A DNA stretch of 64,000 nucleotides from Escherichia phage AidaStucki_Bas93. The notes below the pieces were generated by a model. The model did not search any database. It worked only from the letters and a program-made list of their open reading frames with translations, and was not told the origin of the DNA. Position 1 is the stretch's first letter. Each line of letters starts with the position of its first letter. Positions 17,419 to 28,302 of this stretch are shown here, piece by piece. Position numbers and translations under genes: made by a program. The stretch lies in the sequence record PQ850593.1. One strand, written 5' to 3'.

Positions 17419-18387
17419 ATGGGTGCAGGTGGTTTTCGTAAGAACACTGGTCGCAATAACACCACACTCCCGTACAACGTTGGGTTTCTCAATAATGTAC
17501 AGGACACAGAAACTTATAACGTAGCCGTTTATGATGAACTACAGAAAGTCAGCACAGCTACTAACCAAATGTTCCAAGCTATAGATGAAATTCACGAAGA
17601 GATTGATGTTCGTATCAAAGCTCTTCATGCGATGAATCTACAATTTGATGAGCTTGAGAATAGAATTACTACAGAGATAGAAACAGCTATTGCAGACATT
17701 CAAACACAGATGGGGAACCTCTCCACTGATGATATTTGGGATAACTCTGTTCAACCTCCGGTAAAGCTAGAAAGCACAGTATCTGGCTTTAAGACAAGTA
17801 TTGAAGGTAACACAACTAAAATACAGACTGTCGAAGGTATTGTTAATGATCAAGGTCAAGAGATTGCTTTAGTTCAGACAGAGATTCAAAACATTAATGG
17901 AAGCCTCTCTCAGTATATGAAGCTCTCTGAGTATGAAGCTACGTGGGGTGTTAACTCTACAGTCAACGGAAGATATGCTGGGGTCAAGTTAACTAACAAC
18001 GGAACAAACAGCCAATTCCAAGTAACAGCTAACAAATTTATTGTTGGTGATGGCAACTCTGGTAACACTCCCTTCGTGTTTGAAGGTGGGCGAGCTAGGA
18101 TGGAATTCGCTGACATAAAGAACGTCAATATCACAACAGCTCAGATTGCTAATGCTAGGATTCAGTGGGCACAGATTGATAACGTATCCATCTCCAACGC
18201 CCAAATTCAGAACTTGTCAGCGGATAAAATCACTGCTGGTTCTATGTGGGGTTCTAACTGGAGACTTACTGTTGGGGGTGACTTTGTTATGGGCGGCACA
18301 GGTGGGGCACAATTGTGGATGAATGGGAACAGGATAGACTTCTATGATGGAAGTGGTGCTCTGAGAATTAGGATAGGGAGTTGGTGA
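17419..18387 (+). CDS. Tail fiber-like or needle-like protein with an N-terminal coiled coil (start trimmed to the ATG after the RBS)
   Basis: RBS TTGGAGGAACTT before the ATG at 17419. Heptad-rich N-terminus. Confidence 0.4.
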   Translation: MGAGGFRKNTGRNNTTLPYNVGFLNNVQDTETYNVAVYDELQKVSTATNQMFQAIDEIHEEIDVRIKALHAMNLQFDELENRITTEIETAIADIQTQMGNLSTDDIWDNSVQPPVKLESTVSGFKTSIEGNTTKIQTVEGIVNDQGQEIALVQTEIQNINGSLSQYMKLSEYEATWGVNSTVNGRYAGVKLTNNGTNSQFQVTANKFIVGDGNSGNTPFVFEGGRARMEFADIKNVNITTAQIANARIQWAQIDNVSISNAQIQNLSADKITAGSMWGSNWRLTVGGDFVMGGTGGAQLWMNGNRIDFYDGSGALRIRIGSW

Positions 18388-18388
18388 T

Positions 18389-19408
18389 ATGGCATATGGA
18401 ATATGGTGTCAACCGGTAGGTCCGGGGCCAGCCGCCCCTGCCTCTCTTTTTATAGATAGTAATTTAACATTTCCACAATATCTAGGAGCATACAATATAT
18501 CTCCTTCGTGGAGTGCTAGAAATGCTTCTTTTAACGTAGGCTCTTTTGATGGTCAAGGTGAGTTATTAATTGTCCCGACTAGTAGACTTATTCAAGATTA
18601 TTATGTAGGGACAGATTTAATGCCCAGTTTTAGTTATGTAACAGGTATAGGGACTTCTGGACAAACAGTAAATATTAACATAGAGCCTGCTGGAGCTAGT
18701 GGTAACAATAACAGAAACTTCCCAATGTCTTTCCAAGCATATAAACTCTGGCCTAGAGGTAATAGAAGCTACGGAATAACTTTCTCAAACTCAGCAGATT
18801 TCTTTTCTATCTCTGATAGTGGGGTTGTTGGTCAGTGTGTTTGGGCGTACAGAGGGGCTGTAGGAGACGGTTTTACTGTCCCTAATGCTGGCCCCAACGC
18901 TCTAGTATTTGCCAACTGGAATCAGGGTGGGGTGTGTGCTTCTTACAACGCAAGCAACGGTCAAATGATCATAACCCACGATAGATCAAACCAGTCTGGC
19001 AGTAACAGAGGTGCAGTAATATATGATATGAGAATTGCTGTTTTTGCTAGTGGTGTGGGTGTACCAGAACATAATGGAGGTCTGAATATATACTCTCCCG
19101 GAACTACAACTTGTGTATTCTCTACTTACAGGACTCCGTTTGCTATCAGCAGGTTCTTCCCATCTAGTGGGGGTTATACAGGTCTAGGCATTCCTATGAT
19201 GTGTATGAATGTCACTAATGGAGCCATAACAGCGCAAGGTGGTGGATGGATGTGGGTTCATGAAAGATCTCATACAATGAGTGGTACGTCAGTAGGAACA
19301 GGCTTTGGCCCACTCGTGGCTAACTGGACTGACCGATACCCAATCAACGTTAACATAAACCTAGGATTCAATTACCCAATGTTGGAAGGTTCTTTAATTT
19401 ATGCATAA
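18389..19408 (+). CDS. Hypothetical virion protein (339 aa)
   Basis: Translationally coupled to the previous gene (TGATATGG). Beta-rich composition. Confidence 0.3.
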   Translation: MAYGIWCQPVGPGPAAPASLFIDSNLTFPQYLGAYNISPSWSARNASFNVGSFDGQGELLIVPTSRLIQDYYVGTDLMPSFSYVTGIGTSGQTVNINIEPAGASGNNNRNFPMSFQAYKLWPRGNRSYGITFSNSADFFSISDSGVVGQCVWAYRGAVGDGFTVPNAGPNALVFANWNQGGVCASYNASNGQMIITHDRSNQSGSNRGAVIYDMRIAVFASGVGVPEHNGGLNIYSPGTTTCVFSTYRTPFAISRFFPSSGGYTGLGIPMMCMNVTNGAITAQGGGWMWVHERSHTMSGTSVGTGFGPLVANWTDRYPINVNINLGFNYPMLEGSLIYA

Positions 19409-19417
19409 GGAGATATT

Positions 19418-20200
19418 ATGGCAATTAGAATGGGTATCGAAGAACTAGACCCAATGGTGCAACAGGCTTCAAAGAAGTATGGAATACCAGCTGCTTTGAT
19501 TCATGCTGTAATCCAAAGGGAGTCTAGTGGTCGTCCTACGGTGGCCTCTGGAACTGGTCCTGTAGGTTTAATGCAGATCAGTAAAGGAGTAGCCAAAGAT
19601 TATGGTTACAAACTAGAAGATAGACTTGACCCGGCAAAGAACATTGATATGGGTGCTCGTTACATCAGAGACAATCTGAAAGCTTTTAATGGTGATGTTA
19701 AGAAAGCGATGGTTGGTTATTCAGAAGGTATTAGTGGTGCTAAGCAGATGTTCGCTGGTAAAAGAGGTTTTACTTCTCAGGCTCTTGACTCAATGAATAA
19801 CAAACACTTTCTCCCTTTCTATGGTGACGCATCTTCTCAGATTGCTAACCCTATTGGAGCTTTACAAGCTGTTCAGCCCGTCAACCAGTTCAGTTCGGGC
19901 TATTTAGATAGAGAGAAGGCTGCACAAGCTCCAACCCAGGCAGAGATTGCTGCTTCTAAGACAGGTGCTTTAGGCGGTAATCCTGTAGGGTTTTACTCTG
20001 ATGAAGTGCAGGAAGGTGAAGACCAGAAGCCCCAACAGAACTTTGGTAATGCAGTATTAGGGTTGGCTGCTATGCTTGCTGGTAAACCTCCTACCTCTCA
20101 AACAGTTCAGAGGGCAAGTGCACCTCATGCAGCAGGTTCTCAGTACAGCCCACAAACACAAGCAGTGCTTAGACGTCTGGCTAGCATTGGTGTTAAGTAA
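19418..20200 (+). CDS. Virion-associated lytic transglycosylase (SLT domain)
   Basis: SLT motifs ESSGRPTVASGTGPVGLMQIS and AKNIDMGARYI. RBS TAAGGAGATATT upstream. Confidence 0.85.
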   Translation: MAIRMGIEELDPMVQQASKKYGIPAALIHAVIQRESSGRPTVASGTGPVGLMQISKGVAKDYGYKLEDRLDPAKNIDMGARYIRDNLKAFNGDVKKAMVGYSEGISGAKQMFAGKRGFTSQALDSMNNKHFLPFYGDASSQIANPIGALQAVQPVNQFSSGYLDREKAAQAPTQAEIAASKTGALGGNPVGFYSDEVQEGEDQKPQQNFGNAVLGLAAMLAGKPPTSQTVQRASAPHAAGSQYSPQTQAVLRRLASIGVK

Positions 20201-20219
20201 TAATCGTTAAGGAGGACTT

Positions 20220-21272
20220 ATGTCTTTATTTGGAAAATCAGCTTCTAGCAAAACCACAGTGGCTCCTTCCTCTCAGGTTGATGCCCTGCTGAAGCAGATT
20301 GTTGCTAATGCTCAGAATATGCAGAACAACGATCAGGGATTCATTTCCCAACAGCTGGCTGGGTTTAATGGCAACCAACAAGGTGCTCTGAACAACTTGG
20401 CAGCTTCTACTACTCAAAAGCAATTGGCTGATATGTACACACCTCGTACACAGCAAGGGCTAGACCAACTGAATTCTCTTGCCCAGCAGTATCAGAATAT
20501 TGTTAATGGTGGTGGCCTGACTGCTGACGGTGTTAATAACTTTAGTAGAGGTTTAAACAACTCAGCTCTTGCTCAAGCTACCAGTAAAGCAGCTTCCAAT
20601 GTATCTCTTGGAAATGGTTCTGACTCAGGATCTCTTCGTAGAGCTGCTGCTCAGGGTGCTGCTCTTAATGGTGCTAATACAAATCTCTCTCGTACCATCA
20701 ATGGTAAGAACATGGGAATTAGTGCTCTTCAACAAGATCAAAACTTCCAGAGAGGTTTGCTTGGTGCTCAGTCTGGTTTAGCTGGACAGAACCTCAATCT
20801 CGGTGCACAAGGTGTTCAGGCAACTCAGCAAGCTATCCAGAATCAACTCATGGCTGGTAATTTACAACAGCAACAAGCTCAAGATCAAGCAGATATCAAT
20901 TGGCAGAATACTATTGGTTCTCGGCAGTATGGGTGGAATCAGCTTAATAATCAGCTTAATGTATTAAACAGTGTAAGCCCGATGGCTGGATATACGATTA
21001 AGAATGCTGCTCCGGGTATCAATACAGGACAACAGCTCCTAGGTGCTGGTATTACTGGTTTAGGTATTGCAGGTCGTTTGGGTGCTTTCTCTCCTGACCA
21101 ACAGACTCAGAATGCTTGGAGTTCCTATAACAATTCAGGCGGGCAATCTGGAATGGCTGGTCCTATGATTGGGGGTTCTAATCTTTCTCAACAGAAAGGT
21201 CAGTCTAACTGGTTATCCACAATGGGTAATAATATCTTAGGTGGTGTCTTAGGGGCATTCGGAGCAAACTAA
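20220..21272 (+). CDS. Q/N/G-rich internal virion (ejection) protein, paralog A
   Basis: Low-complexity Gln/Asn/Gly-rich 350-aa protein. Its N-terminus MSLFGKSASSKTT resembles that of the next ORF. Confidence 0.4.
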   Translation: MSLFGKSASSKTTVAPSSQVDALLKQIVANAQNMQNNDQGFISQQLAGFNGNQQGALNNLAASTTQKQLADMYTPRTQQGLDQLNSLAQQYQNIVNGGGLTADGVNNFSRGLNNSALAQATSKAASNVSLGNGSDSGSLRRAAAQGAALNGANTNLSRTINGKNMGISALQQDQNFQRGLLGAQSGLAGQNLNLGAQGVQATQQAIQNQLMAGNLQQQQAQDQADINWQNTIGSRQYGWNQLNNQLNVLNSVSPMAGYTIKNAAPGINTGQQLLGAGITGLGIAGRLGAFSPDQQTQNAWSSYNNSGGQSGMAGPMIGGSNLSQQKGQSNWLSTMGNNILGGVLGAFGAN

Positions 21273-21284
21273 AGGAGATTTGAT

Positions 21285-22253
21285 ATGGCTTTATTTGGAG
21301 GAGGGAATAGTAAAACTACTTCCCAAATGATTCGCCCTGAATACATTCAACAGTATATTGACCAGCTTAACCAACTGATTGGTAATACTAGTTCAGGGGA
21401 TTATGTTTATCGTGACAATGTAGGGTTTAATAATAACCAGACAGAAGCTCTTAACAACTTAGCACAATCTGGTGCTCTAGGGACTCTCTCGCAGCAATAT
21501 ATGGATGCAGCAGGTCAAGGGTTAGGTTATCTGGATAATGCCTATAAAGGTTATCAGAGCCTTTCTGGACAAGGCGGAGTTACTGGAGAACAGATTGGTG
21601 CTCTTGCTGGTCAACTATATGATGACGATGCTGTGCAAGCAGCTATTACAGCTAATAATGAACAAGTTCAACAAAACCTAGCACGTAATGCTCTTCCTCA
21701 GCTAGCTCAACAATATGCTGGTCAGCAGGGTTCAGGTGCTCGTATGGCTAAATCTTTTGCTCAAGGCGATGCTCTGAATCAGATGCAAGGACAAGCAACA
21801 GATATTACCAACAGTGCCTATAATTCGGCTATCAGTCAAGCTGAAAGCATTCTCTCTGGTAATAGACAGAATCAGGCAGCTGCTCTCTCAGGTCTTTCCA
21901 ATATTGGTTCTAACCTTTCTAACTTAGGTCAGCAAGGTGCTAATTTGTCTCAACAGCAAATGTTGAATCAATGGAATGCAGGGTTGCAGCAACAACAGCA
22001 ACAACAGAATGAATATGATAATGCCTACCAGAATGCCCAGAATGCAGCTAACTGGGGATGGCAGGATATCAATAACCAACTCGGTGCAGCAGGTGTACTT
22101 AACGGTGCTCTTGGACAAACTACAACTACCAAAACATCTGGTGGTGGCGGTGGCTTCTTAGGTGGAGCTATGAGTGGTGCAGCGGCAGGTTCTTCCTTTG
22201 GACCTTGGGGTGCATTGGCAGGGGGCGTAATCGGTGGGTTGGCTAGTAATTAA
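21285..22253 (+). CDS. Q/N/G-rich internal virion (ejection) protein, paralog B
   Basis: N-terminus MALFGGGNSKTT. Similar composition to the preceding gene. Poly-Q stretch QQQQQQ. Confidence 0.4.
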   Translation: MALFGGGNSKTTSQMIRPEYIQQYIDQLNQLIGNTSSGDYVYRDNVGFNNNQTEALNNLAQSGALGTLSQQYMDAAGQGLGYLDNAYKGYQSLSGQGGVTGEQIGALAGQLYDDDAVQAAITANNEQVQQNLARNALPQLAQQYAGQQGSGARMAKSFAQGDALNQMQGQATDITNSAYNSAISQAESILSGNRQNQAAALSGLSNIGSNLSNLGQQGANLSQQQMLNQWNAGLQQQQQQQNEYDNAYQNAQNAANWGWQDINNQLGAAGVLNGALGQTTTTKTSGGGGGFLGGAMSGAAAGSSFGPWGALAGGVIGGLASN

Positions 22254-22266
22254 TTAGGAGACAAAT

Positions 22267-23922
22267 ATGCAACAGACAACTTACGCTCAGGTCAGAAGTC
22301 GTGACCCGAGAAATACTTTCTATGGTGTTAATCCGGGAGCGGCTTCGGCCTCTCCTTATATGGCTAGACCTATTCAGACAGCAGATGTTTCTATGTACCG
22401 ACGTCCTTCTGTACCTCCATCTCTCGCAGGTCTTATCTCTCAGGCAGAAGAAGATCAGAATGCTATGGTGAATCCGGGATTCCAGCAACGTCTTATGGAA
22501 CAACAGAATCGAGGAACCCCAACAAGTCTTCAGGGTATTGATATTGGAGCACCAGCCCCTGTAGCAGCTAATCCTAATTTATCCACTGATCAGGGTTTAC
22601 AAGATGCTGGACTTATGCCTAGCGACCCTCTTCCGGTAACGCCTCCTACTAAACCGCTAGAAGATGGCCCTATGGAGTTTACTCCTTCTCAAGTGGAACA
22701 GGCACAAGGTGTTGTTACTACTCTTGCTCAAGGTCAGGACACTGGAGACGGAATGGCTGGGGCTACTCGTATTAAAGATCAGGAACGTGTTAATAATGAT
22801 ATCATGCAAATTGCTAAAGCTAAAGACCCTTCCGAAGCTTGGAATAAACTACAGAAAGAACCTTTCTATCAGAATTCCAGTTTCTATACAGGTTTGATGG
22901 GTGTAGGTCTTTCTATCATGTCAGGTAAATCTCCTATCGAAGCATTCCAAATTGGTCAGGGAATGGCTAATCAAGATGAGACTAAGAAGCAACTAGAAGC
23001 TAACCGTGATGCTCTGATTGAACAAGGTTTCTCTCAAGATTCAATTGCAGCTGCTATTGCTAACGGAGATCCATCTCTTCTGAAGATGAAAGCTGTAGAC
23101 CCTGCTCAGAAAGAAGCGTTGTATGCTGCTCGTGAAGAACGACAGAATGCTGAATGGGACAGACGTCAACAGATTCAAGAGCAGACTATGCGTGAGCGTG
23201 CTGAGGAAACTCGTCGTGCCGCTGAAGAAAGGGCTAATATGAACTTTGAACGTCAGAAAGAGTTGATTGGATATCGTGATCAAGTTAAGGCTGAACGTGC
23301 CGAACAAGCTGCTCAGAGTTTTAACTTTAACCCGAAAGAAGTTCGTCTTGCTCAGAATACAGCTGAAGGTACGGTTGCTAAGCAGTGGGCAGAGAAAGGT
23401 GGCCTGTTTAACCAGTCTAACAAAGACTTGGATTTGGCTGACAAAGCAGTTAAAGATAAAGATTATCAGACAGCTCGTTCTGCTTACATGCAGGCTATTA
23501 TGAACTCCGCAAGGGCTGAAATCGGTGCTACTCGTTCTCTTACCGAAGAAGACTTGGGGCACTTTGCAGAAGACCCATCAATCTTCATTCGTGTTGGCAA
23601 CAAGTTTGCACTGAAATCTGGATGGCGTCCTACTGATTCTGCTCTTGCTTATGCTCGTAAGCAAGCTAACGTTGGTCACACCTCTGCAATGAAAGGTGTT
23701 GCTGATGCTAAGAGAGCTACGATTGAAGCTTACATCGGTTCTGGTATGGATAAGAAGAGAGCTACTGCATTGGTTAACCGTGCAATCCCTTCTGGCGGTT
23801 TCTATGATCCTCTCGGTGTTTTCTCTGAGGAAGCAGAAGAGGCAGTTGGTGGTGCAGCAACCAATCCTAAACTGAATGGTGCTTTATCAGCTGTTGAAGA
23901 CACTAGCTGGTTCACTGAGTAA
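22267..23922 (+). CDS. Internal virion protein (551 aa)
   Basis: RBS TTAGGAGACAAAT upstream. Helical, charged C-terminal half. Lies between the ejection-protein paralogs and the giant internal protein. Confidence 0.35.
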   Translation: MQQTTYAQVRSRDPRNTFYGVNPGAASASPYMARPIQTADVSMYRRPSVPPSLAGLISQAEEDQNAMVNPGFQQRLMEQQNRGTPTSLQGIDIGAPAPVAANPNLSTDQGLQDAGLMPSDPLPVTPPTKPLEDGPMEFTPSQVEQAQGVVTTLAQGQDTGDGMAGATRIKDQERVNNDIMQIAKAKDPSEAWNKLQKEPFYQNSSFYTGLMGVGLSIMSGKSPIEAFQIGQGMANQDETKKQLEANRDALIEQGFSQDSIAAAIANGDPSLLKMKAVDPAQKEALYAAREERQNAEWDRRQQIQEQTMRERAEETRRAAEERANMNFERQKELIGYRDQVKAERAEQAAQSFNFNPKEVRLAQNTAEGTVAKQWAEKGGLFNQSNKDLDLADKAVKDKDYQTARSAYMQAIMNSARAEIGATRSLTEEDLGHFAEDPSIFIRVGNKFALKSGWRPTDSALAYARKQANVGHTSAMKGVADAKRATIEAYIGSGMDKKRATALVNRAIPSGGFYDPLGVFSEEAEEAVGGAATNPKLNGALSAVEDTSWFTE

Positions 23923-23942
23923 GACCTAAGTCCTGCCTTCCA

Positions 23943-23951
23943 TAATGTATA
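23943..23951 (+). promoter_or_regulatory. Phage late promoter element TAATGTATA
   Basis: Exact 9-mer about 40 nt upstream of the ATG at 23990. Confidence 0.5.
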
Positions 23952-23989
23952 TAGGAGGTAGGACATTTTTATTTATAAAAGGAGACGTT

Positions 23990-26900
23990 ATGGCTAACAT
24001 TAAACCGTGGGAAGAAGCTTCCAAAGCTCCTGCGTATCTGAATGCCTCTCCGGAGCAACAGGCTCAAATGAGAGAACAATATAAGGCAGCAGGTGGCTTT
24101 ATTCCTGAGGAACAACCAGTAGCACAACCACAACAAGAAGAACGTGGTGTTATAGGTGAGTTTGCTCAAGGTGTGTCAAATGCTCTTCAATCTGGTGGTG
24201 CAAACATTGCAGCTAGTGCTGCTAAAGGTATTGGTGGTTTAGTTGAGATTGGTGAAGACCTAATTGGAGCACAAACTAGTTATGGTAAGCGTATCCAAGA
24301 GAACTCTCAGAACCTTCTGAAAGAACGTATGGATAAGATTGAGGATGGGATTGGTAAAACTGCTGGGCAATATGCTGGGGTTGTTGGTGATATTGGTTTG
24401 ACAGTTACTAATCCGTTAGCTGCCGCTGCTATCATCGCAGGTCGTGAGACAGGTCGTGCATATGCGGATCAAACCCCTGAAGAGGGAGAAGACAAGTCTG
24501 TTCTGGATGCAGCCTTAGTTGGTGGTGCTAACTATGCAGCTCAGAGAATTCTTCCGGGTGCTGTTGGTACAGCTGAATCTACACTTGGTCGTATCGGTCA
24601 GAACGTTGTTACTAACGCAGTGGCTGGTGCTAAAGGCGGTGCTCTTGTAGGTGCTGCTGAAGCTCAGAACAAATATGGTGATGACACAACCTTTGCTAAT
24701 GTCTTAGAAGGCGCTATTGAAGAAGGTGCTATTGGTGCTGCATTCGGTGGTGCAGTGGGTGGTGTTCACGGTTTGATCAGCCGTCCAGATTCTGCTGTCT
24801 TCAAGAATACTCCAGAATATGCAAAGACTGACATTGCTGCTGACGATGAGCTGATTCGTAGTGCTAAGACTGTTGATGAACTGAAAGAAGCCTACTCTAA
24901 AGCTGAAACTGCTAACGCCGCTTCCGCTCTTAATCTTCTGGATGAGAATGGATTCCGTATTACTGATGCTGTTGCTGTAGATTCTCCTGCTGCTCAGCGT
25001 ATTCTTAATACAGACCAAGCTCGTGCTGAGAAAGCTGCTTCTGTTCAGAAAGAACATTCTAATATTCCGGGCCTTAATCCTTTGGCTTCTCCTGCTAAGA
25101 CTCGTGGTAAAGCATTCGCTGATAATGAGCACAACCAGAAGCAAGCTGTTGCTATGAAAGATGCAATGGCTGACTACACCAAGGATAACACGAAAGCTCT
25201 TACAGATGTTCTAGATAACCTAGACCGTGAATTAACTGCTTACCGAGCTGCTGATGATTTTACTGGCAATCCACTTGATGTCAAGAATCGCACACAAGCT
25301 GACCGTGACTTCGTTGATGCTTATAAGACTTTCTATAATGAAGCAAATCGATTCAAAGCTCGTGATGGTGAAGACTTTAACAACTTTGTAGAGAAAGCTA
25401 CTGAGCTACGGAAGATGGCTGATAACGTTTCTCCAGAGATGAAGAAAGCTATTAGTGGGTTGAAGAAACTGAAAGGTATGCCTGAAGGTTTTAACCCTAT
25501 TCAAGATGCTTATACTCTGAACAATGCAGCTAAGTTCATGAGCAACCAAGACCGTGGTTGGACTTCCCTGACCGATGATGGATTCCGTGAGGCTTCTTCT
25601 CCTAGTCTGGTTATGAACACACTCGGTGCTGCTAAGTATGCTCTGAATCGCTTCTCTTCTCAGCGTGCTCGCTCTCAACGTGTTAAGCAACAAGAAGCTA
25701 ACAGCGAAGCTATCCGCTCTCTGGCTCGTGGTGATTTGGAAGTTGCTCGTGCTAAATCTACTGCTGATGAAGCTCGTGCTAAAATGGAAGAAGAACCAGT
25801 TGTTGATGACATTAAATTTAAGACGCAAAATGACGTGGAAACCGAACCGGTTCGGGAGCCTTCTTCTAGTACTGTGACGGAAGAAAATCTTCCTTCTTCC
25901 ACTCCTCAAGAAGCCCCTCTTACAGCTCGCGATTTAGTTGCTCAAAGACGTGCAGTTAAGCAGGCAGAACAGCGTCGTGCTCAAGAAGAGGCCGCACAGG
26001 CTCCAGAACCCACTGTAGAGGAACCAACAGTCAAAGCCGAGCCATTACCTGCCCGTGCTCCTAAAGCTCCTAAGGAGTCTATACAGGACGTTAAACCGGC
26101 AAGTGGTGTAGAACGTTTAGCTGCCATGTCTAGTGCTGCTCGTCAGGCTACTATAGATCGTGCAGAACGTTTTGCTCGTTCTCTGTACTCTCAGACTGCT
26201 AAGGCTAAGGCCACTGCTGAAAACTTCTTGGCTTACAAGGGAAGTTATAGGGAGTTGATGCGTCGGATTCGTCAGGAAGATAATGCTATCAACACTGAGC
26301 GTCATGAAGAGATGGCTCGTAATCAGCTAGCTTCTCAGCAAGGTATTGCTACTGCTAAGAACAACACTGTACGAACTAACTTTGCTGAATGGGTTAAGGA
26401 ACGTGGTCTGCCAGAAGACATTGCTACTAAGGCATTACGTGCTGAAGAGAAGGGTTTAGGTGGGAACGTGACTAACTTAGATAGTCTGAAACGTCGTGCT
26501 GAAAGGTTGTATCAGAAGCAGCGTGAGGATGAGTTTGATAGACTGTATCAACAGGCTCTGGAAGAGAATAAAGCTTTTGATAAGAAGAATGCTCCTAAAC
26601 TGGCTGACCAGAAGAAAGAGCTTCAATCTGAGATTGACACTTTGATTGATTCAGAACCTTTACGTCCTGCTCAGAAAGATGCTGTGCGTAAACTGATGAA
26701 TGACTTTGTAGATGAGAAGTTTAAATCTTCAGAGAAGGCTGGTAGGGAAGAAGCTTTGGAAGTAGGTCAGATGAAGGATATTTGGGATGGGTTTATTAAC
26801 ACCTATAACAGAGAAGTGAATGCCTTCAACAAAGCTAACAAGAACTCTCAGTATGAGGCTGCTGCTAAACACTTGCAGGCTCGTGAGGAGCGTCTTATCT

Positions 26901-28297
26901 CTTTACGTAACAGAGCAGAAGCTCGTGCTCAAGCGAAAGCTACAGCAGAAGCTGAACGTCAGTTACTCGAAGCTATTGCTGGTCAGAAGACTGAGATAGA
27001 GAAGATGTTTGATGAGTTACCTAAACCTGTCCGCGAGGCTCAGGAAAGCCGTACTCTGAAACAGCTTGCAGCTCACCATGATAAGAACTCCCCTGTTCCT
27101 CCAGAACGTTTCCGTAGTATTATCGAACGTATCCACAACGCCGAGTCAGATTACCTTGATCGTCAGCGTCGTTTAACTGATGCAGAAGAAGATGCTCGTC
27201 AGGCTAAGTGGAACAAAATGTATGAGCAAGCGGAAGAGATGGACCGTAAGTTTGAGATAGACAAAAGGGTTAAGCGCAGTGAAGAGCTTAAAGCGGCTCA
27301 GAAGCGTGAGAATGACCTTATGGCGGTACAACGTCAACGTGACGACATCCATCGTCGCCTGATGCATACTTTGGAGGATAGGGGCATATCTAAAGAGGAT
27401 GCTGAAGCATTTGCTGGTTCCTACATGGATAACCGTTATGCACTTCTTGATAAGCCTATGACTCCTACTGAACATCAGAATGCTCGTTCTCGTATTGAGG
27501 CTGATGTTGAGAAGTTTGCTAAGAAGTACGAATCAATGACTCCTATTGAGAAAGAGATTGTTAAGGTTACTGGAGATACTGAAGGTAAGCTTGATAACTT
27601 GGATGCGGATACTAGGAAGGCTATTGAGGAGGCTCAGAAGGTGGACTCTGATATTAAGAAACTGCAAGAGGAAGAGATGGAGATGGAGAAGATTCGTTCT
27701 GCTCTGCCTGATGATGAAAGATCTCAAGCAAATTCTGATATCTTGGAAAGCATTAAACAGCAGGAAGAAGCCTTTGCTGATAAAGCAGAGAAAGCTTTCT
27801 TGAATGGGAAGAGCTTGGATGAGTTGGCTAGTGTGGCTGAAGTTTTAGACAGGGTTCATGGTGCAGACAAGGCTGGTAACAACCGTCGCTTTGTACGTGC
27901 ATTGCAGACTGCTGCTGAAAACAAGAAGAAGTATGGTGATAATCCGGTAGCTTGGTTTAGTGCTGATGATTATTCTGCTATTGCTAAACTTGGTGCTTCT
28001 TCCGCAGGTGGTAACAAATCTAGAGCACTGGAGAAAATCTTTGGTTCTACAGCTGAACAAGCTAAGAGTAAGTTGCTTGGCAGGGATGATGTAGCGAAGA
28101 TGAGACGTGTAATTGAAGAGAACCCTGATATTAAGATTCCTTCTTACAAGACAACGAATCGTACTGAGTACTTGCAGTTCTTGGAGAAGTTTAATGACGA
28201 AGGGAAGCCGAAGATTAAACGTGGCTCATTGTCAGAGAAGCTTGAACGCAGTAAGCGTCAATCGAGACTCCGTGTAAGAGTTCGATCTAAGGAGTGA
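23990..28297 (+). CDS. Giant internal virion or DNA-ejection protein (about 1435 aa; start trimmed to MANIKPWEE)
   Basis: RBS AAAGGAGACGTT 6 nt before the ATG at 23990. N-terminal Gly/Ala-rich segment, then a very long charged alpha-helical region. Last gene of the plus-strand arm. Confidence 0.5.
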   Translation: MANIKPWEEASKAPAYLNASPEQQAQMREQYKAAGGFIPEEQPVAQPQQEERGVIGEFAQGVSNALQSGGANIAASAAKGIGGLVEIGEDLIGAQTSYGKRIQENSQNLLKERMDKIEDGIGKTAGQYAGVVGDIGLTVTNPLAAAAIIAGRETGRAYADQTPEEGEDKSVLDAALVGGANYAAQRILPGAVGTAESTLGRIGQNVVTNAVAGAKGGALVGAAEAQNKYGDDTTFANVLEGAIEEGAIGAAFGGAVGGVHGLISRPDSAVFKNTPEYAKTDIAADDELIRSAKTVDELKEAYSKAETANAASALNLLDENGFRITDAVAVDSPAAQRILNTDQARAEKAASVQKEHSNIPGLNPLASPAKTRGKAFADNEHNQKQAVAMKDAMADYTKDNTKALTDVLDNLDRELTAYRAADDFTGNPLDVKNRTQADRDFVDAYKTFYNEANRFKARDGEDFNNFVEKATELRKMADNVSPEMKKAISGLKKLKGMPEGFNPIQDAYTLNNAAKFMSNQDRGWTSLTDDGFREASSPSLVMNTLGAAKYALNRFSSQRARSQRVKQQEANSEAIRSLARGDLEVARAKSTADEARAKMEEEPVVDDIKFKTQNDVETEPVREPSSSTVTEENLPSSTPQEAPLTARDLVAQRRAVKQAEQRRAQEEAAQAPEPTVEEPTVKAEPLPARAPKAPKESIQDVKPASGVERLAAMSSAARQATIDRAERFARSLYSQTAKAKATAENFLAYKGSYRELMRRIRQEDNAINTERHEEMARNQLASQQGIATAKNNTVRTNFAEWVKERGLPEDIATKALRAEEKGLGGNVTNLDSLKRRAERLYQKQREDEFDRLYQQALEENKAFDKKNAPKLADQKKELQSEIDTLIDSEPLRPAQKDAVRKLMNDFVDEKFKSSEKAGREEALEVGQMKDIWDGFINTYNREVNAFNKANKNSQYEAAAKHLQAREERLISLRNRAEARAQAKATAEAERQLLEAIAGQKTEIEKMFDELPKPVREAQESRTLKQLAAHHDKNSPVPPERFRSIIERIHNAESDYLDRQRRLTDAEEDARQAKWNKMYEQAEEMDRKFEIDKRVKRSEELKAAQKRENDLMAVQRQRDDIHRRLMHTLEDRGISKEDAEAFAGSYMDNRYALLDKPMTPTEHQNARSRIEADVEKFAKKYESMTPIEKEIVKVTGDTEGKLDNLDADTRKAIEEAQKVDSDIKKLQEEEMEMEKIRSALPDDERSQANSDILESIKQQEEAFADKAEKAFLNGKSLDELASVAEVLDRVHGADKAGNNRRFVRALQTAAENKKKYGDNPVAWFSADDYSAIAKLGASSAGGNKSRALEKIFGSTAEQAKSKLLGRDDVAKMRRVIEENPDIKIPSYKTTNRTEYLQFLEKFNDEGKPKIKRGSLSEKLERSKRQSRLRVRVRSKE

Positions 28298-28302
28298 TAA
28301 AA

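Noticed and set aside
23925-23945. A terminator at GACCTAAGTCCTGCCTTCC after the 551-aa gene
   Set aside because: There is no stable stem and no T-run. The sequence is simply the spacer preceding the TAATGTATA promoter element.
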